From: Methanomicrobia archaeon
GTDB lineage: Archaea; Methanobacteriota_B; Thermococci; Methanofastidiosales; NM3
DNA length: 64,000 bases
Assembly: GCA_030603445.1 (NCBI GenBank)
Contig: JAUVXU010000008.1
Location: 16,770 to 80,769 of the forward strand
Direction of reading: 5' to 3'
Shown here: piece after piece, positions 41,098-51,242 of the stretch
Layout: each line of letters opens with the position of its first letter
Numbering within the stretch: position 1 is the first letter of the stretch
Notes under the pieces: model-generated
The model's input: the letters and a program-made list of their open reading frames with translations, nothing else
Told to the model about the DNA's origin: nothing
Database searches by the model: none
Program-made: the position numbers and the translations under genes

Positions 41098-42291
41098 TCA
41101 CTTAAGTAATGTCCTTGCTCTATCTCCAATTCTATCAGAATCAACATAGCATTGCTCAAGTCCAGGGACAACTACTCTCACAACAGATACGCCAACATCC
41201 TTGTTAGTGAGATCTACAACAGAAACTATGGGAAATCCCTTAGAAGATAATATACTTACCAACGCTTCTATATCATCACGCACATATTCTGTAGACAAAG
41301 AGGCAGTCTCTGAAAAAGATAATTTCTGATCACTTGAAGAATACCACATCTTATTCATGCGTTTGATACGATCATAGCCTAGTTTTCTTTTGAAGGCGGA
41401 TGCACTTGGATTTTCAGAATTAATCTTTATCTGGGTAAGCCTGCTTTGGGCAACTTCGGTTATGGCCCTTAAAAGTGCCACCCGGGGGTCTAAATGGGTG
41501 CCAACACCGATGTTTAAAAGAGTTGGATCTTTTAGCTTCACATCATCAGAAACTGCCACAAATGTTGGAATTCCAAGATCTGAAGTGATATCTTTTATAC
41601 CAATCTCTACATCTGCATCAGAGAATTTATCAATCAATTTACATGTTTGGTTATCATTCGTATCAATCTTTACATCAAATGGTGTTCTTTTCACAATTTC
41701 TGCAAGAGACCATGCATCACGCTCTATAACTTCACATAAGGCATGCAAAATAGCTTCCTCAATACAATTGCCTGATGCCAAGCCGTTAGTATTTGAGCGA
41801 AATATCCATCCGTATCTGGGTGGAAACGGATGAAAGACTGCATTAGAAGGAATATAAACGCCTTGTTTATCCACAAGATTAAAACCCTTGGTCCAACCAA
41901 TTGTCATCCCCTCACTATAAGAATAAGGGTTTGGAAGCACCAAAGATGCGGGACGAATATAGTTAATAGGCAACTGTGAAGCTGCAGCAATTGTCACCAT
42001 GTCCTCGTTTAACTCAGAACTCTGGCGTTCGATAGCTTCCATCATTGCAGAGACTTTTGCCTCAATAGCTGTTGTTCCTTTGCCATTGTATACTTGTACT
42101 CCATTCCCATTAGAAACTGTTCTGCAAGATATAAAAACAGGTATTCCAATCCTGTCAAGATGAGTAATCTCCTCAACGTTAGTAACGCCGATAGCAGACA
42201 TCTTATTTTTTATCCTCGTGTATGTCTCTTCAGGATCAATTACCCTATGGGTGGTATCGACATATTTTTTTCTACATCGAGAAAGTTCCAT
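41098..42291 (-). CDS. ycaO: YcaO-family protein (archaeal McrA-thioamidation-like)
   Basis: THRVIDPEET, LDRIGIPV, YNGKG, SAMMEAIER, SNTNGLASGN, EVIERD, RAITEVAQSR, VPGLE. Confidence 0.9.
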   Translation of the reverse strand: MELSRCRKKYVDTTHRVIDPEETYTRIKNKMSAIGVTNVEEITHLDRIGIPVFISCRTVSNGNGVQVYNGKGTTAIEAKVSAMMEAIERQSSELNEDMVTIAAASQLPINYIRPASLVLPNPYSYSEGMTIGWTKGFNLVDKQGVYIPSNAVFHPFPPRYGWIFRSNTNGLASGNCIEEAILHALCEVIERDAWSLAEIVKRTPFDVKIDTNDNQTCKLIDKFSDADVEIGIKDITSDLGIPTFVAVSDDVKLKDPTLLNIGVGTHLDPRVALLRAITEVAQSRLTQIKINSENPSASAFKRKLGYDRIKRMNKMWYSSSDQKLSFSETASLSTEYVRDDIEALVSILSSKGFPIVSVVDLTNKDVGVSVVRVVVPGLEQCYVDSDRIGDRARTLLK

Positions 42292-42413
42292 AGAAAATAC
42301 AAAAACAAAACACTATAATAATCTTCCCTTTTAACATAGGGACATATCTATGTATTTCCTTAACAACTAGCTATATCATGCAATGAAGTAGAAATATTAA
42401 ATAGTTTCTACAA

Positions 42414-42668
42414 TTAGATGTTATATATATAATTTGACGATGTAACATCCTTTTGATGCATAGCACCTTTTGATATAGATGTTTTCATAGGTGTCCATGA
42501 ATTCATCCTATAGTCGCTTACTCTTGTCGTTGCAATTGTACCAAGACTCAATAACGCAGCACCAATGTATAACATCCAAAAAGTATTAGCTACAACTACT
42601 GGATTTTTGAATGCTAGAAATAACATTCCTGCTAAAACCGAGAACACAAACAGCATTTTTGATAACAT
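42414..42668 (-). CDS. Small membrane protein
   Basis: Two hydrophobic helices; GGGTGG SD-like sequence upstream. Confidence 0.45.
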   Translation of the reverse strand: MLSKMLFVFSVLAGMLFLAFKNPVVVANTFWMLYIGAALLSLGTIATTRVSDYRMNSWTPMKTSISKGAMHQKDVTSSNYIYNI

Positions 42669-42984
42669 TCTTTTCCCACCCTGTATTTGTATAATGAAGA
42701 CTCATTATACTAAATTTAATGTATATATTGGTATTACAATACCTATATACATATAGATATGAAGATATGTTATATTTAAATCTTTCGATAGAAAAGGTAT
42801 ATTAAGACCAATATTCTTTAATATACTCTAGCATGTGATACAAAATGGCATTACACTCTCTAAAAAATATGTGTCACTAGGAAAAAAATTATATAAAAAC
42901 ATTTTATTATCATTTTTTCAAAACTGTTACTAAACATTATATTGAATTAAAATACTAAAAAAATAAAAATAGATAAGAGGAACA

Positions 42985-43028
42985 GTGAGTCCATCGCGAC
43001 TTGAACGCGAGGCTTTCTTCATGTCAAG
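42985..43028 (-). repeat. Degenerate copy of the tRNA-Val 3' half (att-like scar)
   Basis: 33/44 ungapped identity to 43223-43266; T-arm TCGCG-TTCAAGT-CGCGA intact. Confidence 0.75.
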
Positions 43029-43220
43029 TCCTGATATGACGTGATCGAATCATCTCTTGACTGCCTTTGTATATTATGTCAAATACAACAATATCTCCAA
43101 AAATATTTGATGATTTCCGGTGTTCGCCTCCTATGACGAAGGCATGAATTCTGATAATGGATAATAAGGAATAAGCGATATTCTTGGAAATCTAGCAGAA
43201 ATACTGAAAATAATAAGAAA

Positions 43221-43297
43221 TGGTGGGCCCGTCGAGATTTGAACTCGAGACCTCCGCCATGTCAAGGCGACGTCATAGCCAACTAGACCACGGGCCC
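43221..43297 (-). tRNA. tRNA-Val (GAC)
   Basis: GGGCCCG/CGGGCCC acceptor, TT-GAC-AT loop, TTCAAAT, CCA. Confidence 0.95.
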
Positions 43298-43360
43298 AAT
43301 GTTATCAAGCAAAATAGGATTTTTATTTGTCTTTAAAAAACTTACTATTTGATAGCGAGC

Positions 43361-43540
43361 CTATTCTATTTTAGCCATAACAAATGCAAATATCCCTGCA
43401 AACAGCAATGCAATGATCACTGCACCTTTAAGGAAATAAATTAATTGTTGAGACCAATCAACAATACCATATGGCACCGCCAAATAAAGAGACACCGCAA
43501 TCATTAATAAACCAATTATAACCCACAAAATTTTATTCAT
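43361..43540 (-). CDS. Small two-TM membrane protein
   Basis: GGAGGGTG SD before MNKIL; two TMs, FLKG motif. Confidence 0.6.
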   Translation of the reverse strand: MNKILWVIIGLLMIAVSLYLAVPYGIVDWSQQLIYFLKGAVIIALLFAGIFAFVMAKIE

Positions 43541-43696
43541 AGTTAACACCCTCCAATATTTTATGGACTATGTATTTATTAGTGCTTATAAATTTACTCC
43601 CTAATAACCTATAAAATATGAATTATAATTTTATTTAAAAGATATAAAAGCCATAAAAAGAAAATACTTTAATACTAAGATTATACAATACTTAAT

Positions 43697-44662
43697 ATGC
43701 TCCCAATTACCTTCTCATCCCCGGCGCGGGTTGATTTATCCGGTGGTGCAGCAGACATCTTCGGACTTAGCACTCTTTCGGTTGCTATTGACATAAGAGC
43801 GTACTGTACTATCAAACAGAATGAACAAGGAACGATTGTGGCAAATATTGGAAAAGGCGAAATACCTATCTCAATGGCATATGCGCCACCATACGCGATA
43901 TTAAAGCATATTGTTCAGCATTTCTCATTAAATGAAGCAATAACAATTGAGATAAAAACGGATATTCCGATGTCTGGCGGGCTTGGTGGATCAGCCTCCA
44001 TTTCAGTTGCAGTGATTAGCGCCTTGAATAAATGGAAAAATTGGGGGTTGACACGCTACCATATTGCAGAACATGCTCAAAGGGTGGAAACTGTTGAGAT
44101 GAAGTTAAAAAATGGTTATCAAGATCAGTACTGCTCGGCCTTTGGTAAATGTGTTTTTATGGACTTCAAAAATAAAGAGAATAGGGATATAGGGGAAGAA
44201 CCATATGCTATAGTAGAACAGTTGCCAATTCCATACACGATTGTTGTGGCACATACAGGGATCAAACATAACTCGGGAGATGTGAATGCACAGACATATA
44301 ATCTCTATCATAAAGGCGATACGAGCACTATAAAAAACATCATGCGTCTGGACACCATAACACGAGAACTTAGGTCGGCCCTAATAGATAAAGATTTTTC
44401 TAAAACATGTAATATCATATCAGAAAATCAAGAAATAATAAAAAAGTTTAAACGATCCCTCCCAGAGAATGAAAAACTTATAGATGTAGCTATGAACTCG
44501 GGTGCTGGTGCTGCAAAGGTAACTGGAGCAGGATGCGGGGGATCGATTGCAGCACTGTGTGAAACTCCAGATATTGCACAAAATGTGGCATCTGCATTAA
44601 GAAAACATTCACAGTTTGTAAAAATATGTTCTGTTGCAGAAGGTGTGAGATATGAAGTATGA
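43697..44662 (+). CDS. GHMP-family kinase (sugar/heptose-phosphate kinase-like)
   Basis: SPARVDLSGG, PMSGGLGGSAS, GYQDQY, KVTGAGCGG. Confidence 0.88.
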   Translation: MLPITFSSPARVDLSGGAADIFGLSTLSVAIDIRAYCTIKQNEQGTIVANIGKGEIPISMAYAPPYAILKHIVQHFSLNEAITIEIKTDIPMSGGLGGSASISVAVISALNKWKNWGLTRYHIAEHAQRVETVEMKLKNGYQDQYCSAFGKCVFMDFKNKENRDIGEEPYAIVEQLPIPYTIVVAHTGIKHNSGDVNAQTYNLYHKGDTSTIKNIMRLDTITRELRSALIDKDFSKTCNIISENQEIIKKFKRSLPENEKLIDVAMNSGAGAAKVTGAGCGGSIAALCETPDIAQNVASALRKHSQFVKICSVAEGVRYEV

Positions 44663-45401
44663 TACAGTAGTCTTTGACTTAGATGGCGTTCTTTTAGAAG
44701 AAGGGAAGCTTACTTCCGAGGGAAAAATAGGAATAGAAATGCTTTTTGAGAAAGGCGTTCGTGTTATCTATTCATCCGGGAAAAATTATTGGTACACGGC
44801 CGGAGGCATCTCCTTCTCAAATATTATCAAGGACGACACAATAATCATAGCAGAAAATGGAGGCATCATATTCTTTCCATTGACAAAGGAGAAGTTGGTC
44901 TTGTCACAAGGATATGGCAATATTGCAAAATTAGCAGAATATTTCTATAAGGAACACTGCACAAAAGATGGCAACCATACTGTGTTTAAAGACACAGGCG
45001 GTATCATATGGCAGGAGCCCAAGGAAACAATATTTACATTATTCCCCAAAGATAAAAACACGATCCCCATACTAAAAAAAGTACTTGAAGATATCATAAT
45101 TCACTTGAATTTCCCTGTTTATGCAATAGACCACTCTGATGCAGTTGACATAATGCCATTAAAGCAGCACAAAGGAAATGCACTCAAATACCTATCTAAT
45201 AAAGGAATTATCAATATGGAAAAAACTGTAGCCTTTGGCGATGGAAACAACGATAAAGAGATGCTTGAGGAAGTTGGTATGCCAGTAACCGTTGACAACG
45301 CAAGTGACGCCATAAAACATATTGTAAGAAGTAGAGAAGGAATAATAACATCAAAAGGATATGGTAAAGGCGTGCTAGAAGCAATAGAACACTTGTTTTA
45401 A
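44652..45401 (+). CDS. HAD IIB (Cof/phosphoglycolate phosphatase-like) hydrolase
   Basis: FDLDGVL, AENGG, KGNAL, FGDGNNDKEM. Confidence 0.9.
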   Translation: MKYDTVVFDLDGVLLEEGKLTSEGKIGIEMLFEKGVRVIYSSGKNYWYTAGGISFSNIIKDDTIIIAENGGIIFFPLTKEKLVLSQGYGNIAKLAEYFYKEHCTKDGNHTVFKDTGGIIWQEPKETIFTLFPKDKNTIPILKKVLEDIIIHLNFPVYAIDHSDAVDIMPLKQHKGNALKYLSNKGIINMEKTVAFGDGNNDKEMLEEVGMPVTVDNASDAIKHIVRSREGIITSKGYGKGVLEAIEHLF

Positions 45402-45408
45402 GCAATCT

Positions 45409-46977
45409 CTATCTAATCTCAACCTCTACTGTGAAAAATACTGGGCCACGAACATCTATTTTGTTGTTCTTCATCTGGATAAAAGTGCGCATCTCATCAG
45501 GTATTGCAAGATTGACGTCTTTTAGGCGTTTTGCCATGCCAAAATAATACTGCTTTTTTCCAGTAAAAGAGGACTTGAGCAGTTCCTCTACGTCCTTTGC
45601 AACCTTAAATAGGAACGCATCGATATATGTAGTACCAGTAGAAACTCCATTCTCAGCAACATTTTCTAGCTTTCCTGACAACCCTTCCGGAGGTATTCCA
45701 TATATGTTTCCCTGGTATGCATAAACCATATTGAATGCAGCTGGTCCAAGGAGATTCTTGTTCTCCTCCTTTTCACTGATGCGGACCACTACGTTCTTTG
45801 CATACAAATCGCCCTCGAAAACCACATATTCACAAGGGCTTTTCTCATTTCCATACTTCCTTGCTGCAGAAGATATTATTTCAATCAATGGGGCCATTTC
45901 ATCTGTTTGTGGTTTCTCGATAAATGATATTGAATTGGCTATCTCCTCATCTGTAAAAGATAATGAATAAAACTCAGGATGATGCAACTGCCGCAAATCA
46001 TCCTCATCCTCAAGTAACATTATCAAGCGGCCCAATCCCGGGCCAGAATTAAACACAGGGTATGGTATGCCATAATGCGCAAGCGCGATAGGGGAGTACA
46101 TTCCCACTTCTGTAACCTCAACCCATCCAAAACGATCATCTTTCACAAATACCTCATAATTAGTGCCATAAGCATAGTAAATGGCTTGATTGGGTTTTTT
46201 CTTGAATTTCAGTTTTTTGAATCCCATCCTGTTGAAAAATTCCTTTGTAATGTATATTCCGTCTGCAATATTTAGATTCTCGTCCATAGCCACCATTGAA
46301 AGATTGTAATGGGCACGCAGATGCATAGGGTCCTCACGTTGCTCCCTGCGGTAACGCCAGCCGGAAGTAAATAGCATCACCGGCAGTGATACCTTTTTAA
46401 CAAATTGTGCAAGTGTGGGGAACCATGCTGTCGTGAAATGAGAGTTTAGCACCATATCTGTAGCCAATGGTTTGATATCTAACACTTCAGGGAATGCCTC
46501 ATTAATAATATACATCGCATCCTCGGGAGAAACTTTTAATCGCTTTGCTATCTCTTCGCTAAGGTCTCCAGGATCTATTTTATCAAGTTTATAATCTCTA
46601 AATATATTTTTTAGTTTCCCCATATCAAGAGAAGGCACTTTTTTAAATACTTCATTTTTTTTATCATCAGATATGCCAATATCTGGTCTTGGGAGAGTTG
46701 CAAGAAAATATAATCTATCAAGTATCGCAGGTGACTCGGGCCCATATTGCATTTCCACGTGCTTTTTAGAGAAAAATTGTTTTAGATAAACTTCATCAAA
46801 ACCCATATCCAATAAAATATCACGAGATTTCAATGCATATTTGGATAGGAGATGTTCTTTTCCTTTTTTTTCAGGAAAATTAAATGTGCGTTTTCCTTCA
46901 AAATAAGATCCTGTGTTTTTCCACTCTTTAAAAAAATCTTCCTTAGAGCGTTTCAGGATATCTTCAATAGGAAACAT
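45409..46977 (-). CDS. sepS: O-phosphoserine--tRNA(Cys) ligase homolog (divergent active site)
   Basis: QYGPESPAILDRLYFLATLPRPDIG, RREQRED, YSPIALAHYGI, LLGPAAFN, IDVRGPVF. Confidence 0.85.
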   Translation of the reverse strand: MFPIEDILKRSKEDFFKEWKNTGSYFEGKRTFNFPEKKGKEHLLSKYALKSRDILLDMGFDEVYLKQFFSKKHVEMQYGPESPAILDRLYFLATLPRPDIGISDDKKNEVFKKVPSLDMGKLKNIFRDYKLDKIDPGDLSEEIAKRLKVSPEDAMYIINEAFPEVLDIKPLATDMVLNSHFTTAWFPTLAQFVKKVSLPVMLFTSGWRYRREQREDPMHLRAHYNLSMVAMDENLNIADGIYITKEFFNRMGFKKLKFKKKPNQAIYYAYGTNYEVFVKDDRFGWVEVTEVGMYSPIALAHYGIPYPVFNSGPGLGRLIMLLEDEDDLRQLHHPEFYSLSFTDEEIANSISFIEKPQTDEMAPLIEIISSAARKYGNEKSPCEYVVFEGDLYAKNVVVRISEKEENKNLLGPAAFNMVYAYQGNIYGIPPEGLSGKLENVAENGVSTGTTYIDAFLFKVAKDVEELLKSSFTGKKQYYFGMAKRLKDVNLAIPDEMRTFIQMKNNKIDVRGPVFFTVEVEIR

Positions 46978-46985
46978 TGTTATTC

Positions 46986-47420
46986 TCACCTATAATCAAG
47001 TTTATTATCCATTGCAGGCGTTTTCTGTTCTTGTTTTGCACCTACCGAAGGCATTGGTATTGGGGGTATTAGTTCTAATTGCTTTGCAATAATTACCAAT
47101 TCTGGCATGCAAAATCTTAATATGGCCGTATGTATCTCTTGAGAAAGCGCAGCCGGAATCTTCTTGCTCTCTGGTTCGATGCTTGAAGTGTCAATATCCC
47201 CATACACTAGTTCTCCCTCTATTTTTACACTGGCAAAATTTGGAAAATAGTCAACAGAATACACAAAACCCACAATAAGGAGATCATCTGTTACCTGCAA
47301 GGACGTGATTCCTGAGCTATTTGTAATCTTTATATTTTTTAAGGCCCCATTTCCCTTTATGAAACGTTTCGCATCTATTGAACGAATAGATATTTTCTTT
47401 ATTATTGTTCTCACCCGCAC
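46986..47420 (-). CDS. Conserved archaeal hypothetical protein (SecB-like fold possible)
   Basis: SIDAKRF, F.YSVDY.P...IEGEL, LIPPIPMP; start uncertain. Confidence 0.7.
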   Translation of the reverse strand: MRVRTIIKKISIRSIDAKRFIKGNGALKNIKITNSSGITSLQVTDDLLIVGFVYSVDYFPNFASVKIEGELVYGDIDTSSIEPESKKIPAALSQEIHTAILRFCMPELVIIAKQLELIPPIPMPSVGAKQEQKTPAMDNKLDYR

Positions 47421-47451
47421 GTTACGTCAAAGTTATGCTTTAAATAGATTA

Positions 47452-48369
47452 TTATTCCCTACTAAGCAGGACGACCCTACTCTCAGGAGATTCGTTGACT
47501 ATTTTGTATGAGCAAAGAGATTCAATCTCTTCTGCAAACGTCCTAATCTCCTCATGGGACGGCATGTTCTCTATAGTTAGCCTATTACGTGAAAACCCAA
47601 CAAACATGTACGCCTTCATCTCGACATACGTTGGGCTCCCTTTCTCTATTAATTTGGCATATTCCTGTGGTTCGCACATATTGTAGCCTTTTACGAGTGT
47701 TAGGCGCATAACCTTTTGAGTATCAAGAGAAGGAAAGAGCGAAATAGTTTCATTTAAGCGTTCCCACCCATCAGATATAATCGGGTTACATAGCTTAGAA
47801 TATATTTTCTTATTTGGTGCAGCCACAGTTACATAAAGATTCCATGGTAGTGAATCCATATGTTCCAATATATCTGGGTTCGTTCCATTTGTTACAAGAA
47901 ATGTTGTAAATCCGCCCTGCTTGAATTCATTGATAAGGTCAGAAAGAAGGGGATAGCACGTTGGTTCGCCTGATAAGGAAATAGCAACGTTGTTAGGATT
48001 GTTTGCCTCTTCTAGTTTTTTTGCGTCGATGCGATCAAGAACCCCCTGATATCCTGAAAGAAGGATTCTCTGTGCCTTTATGGATTGTTCAACAATATAC
48101 TGTGGGGCATCTACATTAGCAGGTACATCTTCAGTGAATCGGACTGGGCGCCAGCAAAAGAGGCATTTTTGTGTACACCAGTTTACTGCAGGAGTCATCT
48201 GCAAACAACGATGGGACTGTATTCCATAAAATTTTTGTTTGTAACAGACACGATTGCGCATGATGCTTTCCTTTAGCCAATGGCAAAGTTTTGCTGCAGA
48301 ATGTTCTCCTATTAACTGGTATCGCTGTTTTCTTAACAAATCTCTTGTAGACTCTATAATATCAATCAC
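47452..48369 (-). CDS. taw1: 4-demethylwyosine synthase TYW1/Taw1 (radical SAM)
   Basis: HSAAKLCHW, CYKQKFYGIQSHRCLQMTP, CTQKCLFCWRP, SLSGEP, KAYMFVGFSR. Confidence 0.95.
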   Translation of the reverse strand: MIDIIESTRDLLRKQRYQLIGEHSAAKLCHWLKESIMRNRVCYKQKFYGIQSHRCLQMTPAVNWCTQKCLFCWRPVRFTEDVPANVDAPQYIVEQSIKAQRILLSGYQGVLDRIDAKKLEEANNPNNVAISLSGEPTCYPLLSDLINEFKQGGFTTFLVTNGTNPDILEHMDSLPWNLYVTVAAPNKKIYSKLCNPIISDGWERLNETISLFPSLDTQKVMRLTLVKGYNMCEPQEYAKLIEKGSPTYVEMKAYMFVGFSRNRLTIENMPSHEEIRTFAEEIESLCSYKIVNESPESRVVLLSRE

Positions 48370-49297
48370 CTTCTAATACTTGACGAATTGCATCAATGAT
48401 GTCGTCTGCTGCTTTCTTGAAATCATCAACGCCTTTGGAACCTGCCGCAGATGGATGTCCACCACCTTCGCCATTGTTAATTATACTGGATTCGTGCATA
48501 ATAGTTGCAAGGTTTAGGCCTTTATTAGCTACACGCCTTCCGGCACGAGCAACAATGCGAGATCCCCTCTTCTCATTGACTATTATCACTACATCTGCGC
48601 CAATGTTAAGAATAGACCTGGCTATAAAAGATTCAAAAGACCCTATTGAAGTCCTCACTATAATATAATCCTTTACACGTATGATACGCATGCGCTGCAA
48701 TGCCTTCATAAGTGCGATACGTTGTGATAATTCGGATTCTTTTCTAAATAAAGAAAATATGTCCTCAAACAGTATGTCATCACCAATCATCTCGGACAAA
48801 GTGATAAATGTTTGTCTATTTGCATATTTCAAATGTCCTGTGTCGGCCATTATGCCGGCCAATAATGCTTTTCGTATAAATATATCATTAGGCTTTTCCA
48901 AAACTTCCCACACAAGTTCTGCATTAGATGTTGCGCACTTGCGGTATGCTAATTTAGGTGTGAAATCTGTTGTGGTATGATGATCGATTACAGCCAGATT
49001 ATCAGTCTTCTCAAGTAACGCCATGCATTTTCCAAGAAGGCTTGGGGATGATGTATCTAACACGAGTATAGCATCTGGTTCAGCTTCAAGTTCTCCCAAC
49101 GACCCACCTAAAGAATCAAGTATATATTTAGCTTGTTTGGATATCCCATCACAACATATGGAAATGTCCTTATTTTTAAAATAATGTTTAACAGATAATG
49201 CACAGCCTAATGCATCCGGATCTGCGTTGCTATGGCACAAAATTAAAAGATGTTGGCTCTTCTCTATGAAGAACCTAATATCATTACTAGAAAACAT
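48362..49297 (-). CDS. DHH/DHHA1 phosphoesterase
   Basis: HSNADPDA, LDTSS, IDHH, DTG, GGGHPSAAG. Confidence 0.92.
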   Translation of the reverse strand: MFSSNDIRFFIEKSQHLLILCHSNADPDALGCALSVKHYFKNKDISICCDGISKQAKYILDSLGGSLGELEAEPDAILVLDTSSPSLLGKCMALLEKTDNLAVIDHHTTTDFTPKLAYRKCATSNAELVWEVLEKPNDIFIRKALLAGIMADTGHLKYANRQTFITLSEMIGDDILFEDIFSLFRKESELSQRIALMKALQRMRIIRVKDYIIVRTSIGSFESFIARSILNIGADVVIIVNEKRGSRIVARAGRRVANKGLNLATIMHESSIINNGEGGGHPSAAGSKGVDDFKKAADDIIDAIRQVLEGD

Positions 49298-49298
49298 C

Positions 49299-49658
49299 CT
49301 AACTTCCTTGTGCAAACTTTCCGGACCCAATAAGCTCCTGTATTTTTTTCTGGGATTCTTGGAGTTTTGTCCTTAAACGGGTTTCCTGGCGTTCGAGAGT
49401 AGTCTTCCTAAGGGAAAGTGTTTCCTTTCTTTTAGTCATATCCTCTTCCACAGTGGCCTTATCGCTCTTGAAAAGAATTGACCCTGCGCTCTTGTATACC
49501 TCTTCCTCACTAACGGCCTTAAGTGCCTCAAGCGTGTCTTCTAATTCTTTTAATTCAACAGTTACTGATTGTAATTGTGAAGCTATCATTTGGTATTGTT
49601 GTTCCACCTGCTGGAACTGTGTAATTTCATTTTGTACATTTGGCGGTATGTTCTGCAA
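49299..49658 (-). CDS. pfdB: Prefoldin beta subunit
   Basis: IPPNVQN..QFQQ, VYKSAGSIL, coiled coils; TTG start 3 nt after GGTGAT. Confidence 0.93.
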   Translation of the reverse strand: MQNIPPNVQNEITQFQQVEQQYQMIASQLQSVTVELKELEDTLEALKAVSEEEVYKSAGSILFKSDKATVEEDMTKRKETLSLRKTTLERQETRLRTKLQESQKKIQELIGSGKFAQGS

Positions 49659-49707
49659 ATTATCACCATCAGAAAATATTACTTATTCTTTTAAAAATTT
49701 TGGCGTT

Positions 49708-50592
49708 CTAAGTGTAGACTTCTGCTCCATCTGCAGTTATAATCATTGAATGCTCAGACTGCGAGACATTACCTCCATCCATCTCCTTAAGTACGCTGTA
49801 AGCGTAAATAGATGATGAACGTACAAGGTACTTTAATGCGAACTCGGTTTTTCGTTTTGTATAAATTTCAGAAAGCCAGCGTTGTGCAAAGGGCAGATTT
49901 GAATAGTTCCTCTTTATGGTTTGCATTACTTTTCTTGCAAGAGGAAGCCTTATGGGTCTGTCCGCTAGGTACTTGAAGATAAGATACTGCTCATCGTCCA
50001 TTACTCGTCCCGCACCATCAGTTGCGAAAGGCTCTATAGCTATTATGTCACCTTCCTTCAGTGCCACGCCCTGCCCTGTATCTACGTTTGGTATTGAGGG
50101 GGAGCTATGCGTAAGATAACGGTCAAGCCCATGGCCAGTGAGGTTCTCGATAGGCTTAAATCCATATCCTGTTATGGTCTCGTTTATGACCCTGCCAATT
50201 TCATTTGTCTTTACTCCTGGCCTAACCATATCTATGGCCGCAGATAGAGCTTCTTTGCTAGCAATTATCAAATCATCGTCTGATTCTCCCACCTTGACTG
50301 TGAATGCTGTATCAGAAATGTAACCATCTACGTGCGCGCCAATATCTACCTTCACATAATCGCCTTTTGCAAATGTTTTTGCATCATCTATTGTGGGAGT
50401 ATAATGTGCTGAAATGTTATTGACAGAAATGTTCACTGGGAATGCTGGTGCACCGCCATATTCTTTTATCTTAGATTCTATAAACTTGGCAACGTCAACA
50501 TACTTCGCCCCTTGTTTTATAATGTCATGAGATTCAGTCTTTACTTTTCGTGCAATCTCTCCTGCTTTCAGATATTGGTCATGAGGATCCAT
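49708..50592 (-). CDS. map: Methionine aminopeptidase type II
   Basis: AFPVNIS, AHYTP, KVDIGAHVDGYISD, NLTGHG, AIEPFAT, QSEHS. Confidence 0.96.
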   Translation of the reverse strand: MDPHDQYLKAGEIARKVKTESHDIIKQGAKYVDVAKFIESKIKEYGGAPAFPVNISVNNISAHYTPTIDDAKTFAKGDYVKVDIGAHVDGYISDTAFTVKVGESDDDLIIASKEALSAAIDMVRPGVKTNEIGRVINETITGYGFKPIENLTGHGLDRYLTHSSPSIPNVDTGQGVALKEGDIIAIEPFATDGAGRVMDDEQYLIFKYLADRPIRLPLARKVMQTIKRNYSNLPFAQRWLSEIYTKRKTEFALKYLVRSSSIYAYSVLKEMDGGNVSQSEHSMIITADGAEVYT

Positions 50593-50722
50593 AATATTTC
50601 ACTGAATTGAATACAATTAGTATCTTAAAAAACTTTTGCAATCTGTTTGACTATGGAAAATACTTTTAATAAACGAGTATGAATAATAAATATCTAGTTT
50701 CCACATAATTGGTGAAAGCGCT

Positions 50723-51238
50723 ATGAATATACTTCCACCTAAAGAAAAATATGTAAAAATGGCACTTGAATTAGGTGCCTTGCATGCTATGATAATTAAG
50801 CCACAAGACGTAGTGCTAGATCCACGATGCTACTTGAAATGTATGTATGGGTGTGATGAATGGGGGAAAAAATGGACATGCCCATCCGCTCCCGGTGCAA
50901 TTGATATTTGGGAATTTGAAAAAATTCTACAGCGCTATAAAAACATACTTTTAATACATGTACCAGACAAATACTCCAACCAATCCATATCATTTGCCAT
51001 TGAACAACAAGCTTTTGTAGACGGTTATTACTTCGCATTTTCAATCTCAGATTGCTCATTATGCAAAGACTCCTGCGCTTATCCAAAACCATGCAGTAAC
51101 CCTAACAAAGCCAGACCATCAATGCAATCGTTGGGAATAGACGTCTTTGCCACAGTACAAAGCAAATCCCTGCCCTTGTCCACATTGAAAAATGAAGAGG
51201 AAAATCAGAATTGGTATTCTCTTGTTTTAATAGAGTGA
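50723..51238 (+). CDS. DUF2284 Cys-rich metal-binding protein
   Basis: KCMYGC..WG..WTCP; CxxC...C....C; ARPSMQSLGIDV. Confidence 0.85.
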   Translation: MNILPPKEKYVKMALELGALHAMIIKPQDVVLDPRCYLKCMYGCDEWGKKWTCPSAPGAIDIWEFEKILQRYKNILLIHVPDKYSNQSISFAIEQQAFVDGYYFAFSISDCSLCKDSCAYPKPCSNPNKARPSMQSLGIDVFATVQSKSLPLSTLKNEEENQNWYSLVLIE

Positions 51239-51242
51239 TATA

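Noticed and set aside
38562-42291. Radical SAM + YcaO as a RiPP cluster
   Set aside because: The radical SAM matches tetraether synthase, the genes are convergent and separated by ECF genes, and no precursor peptide is seen.
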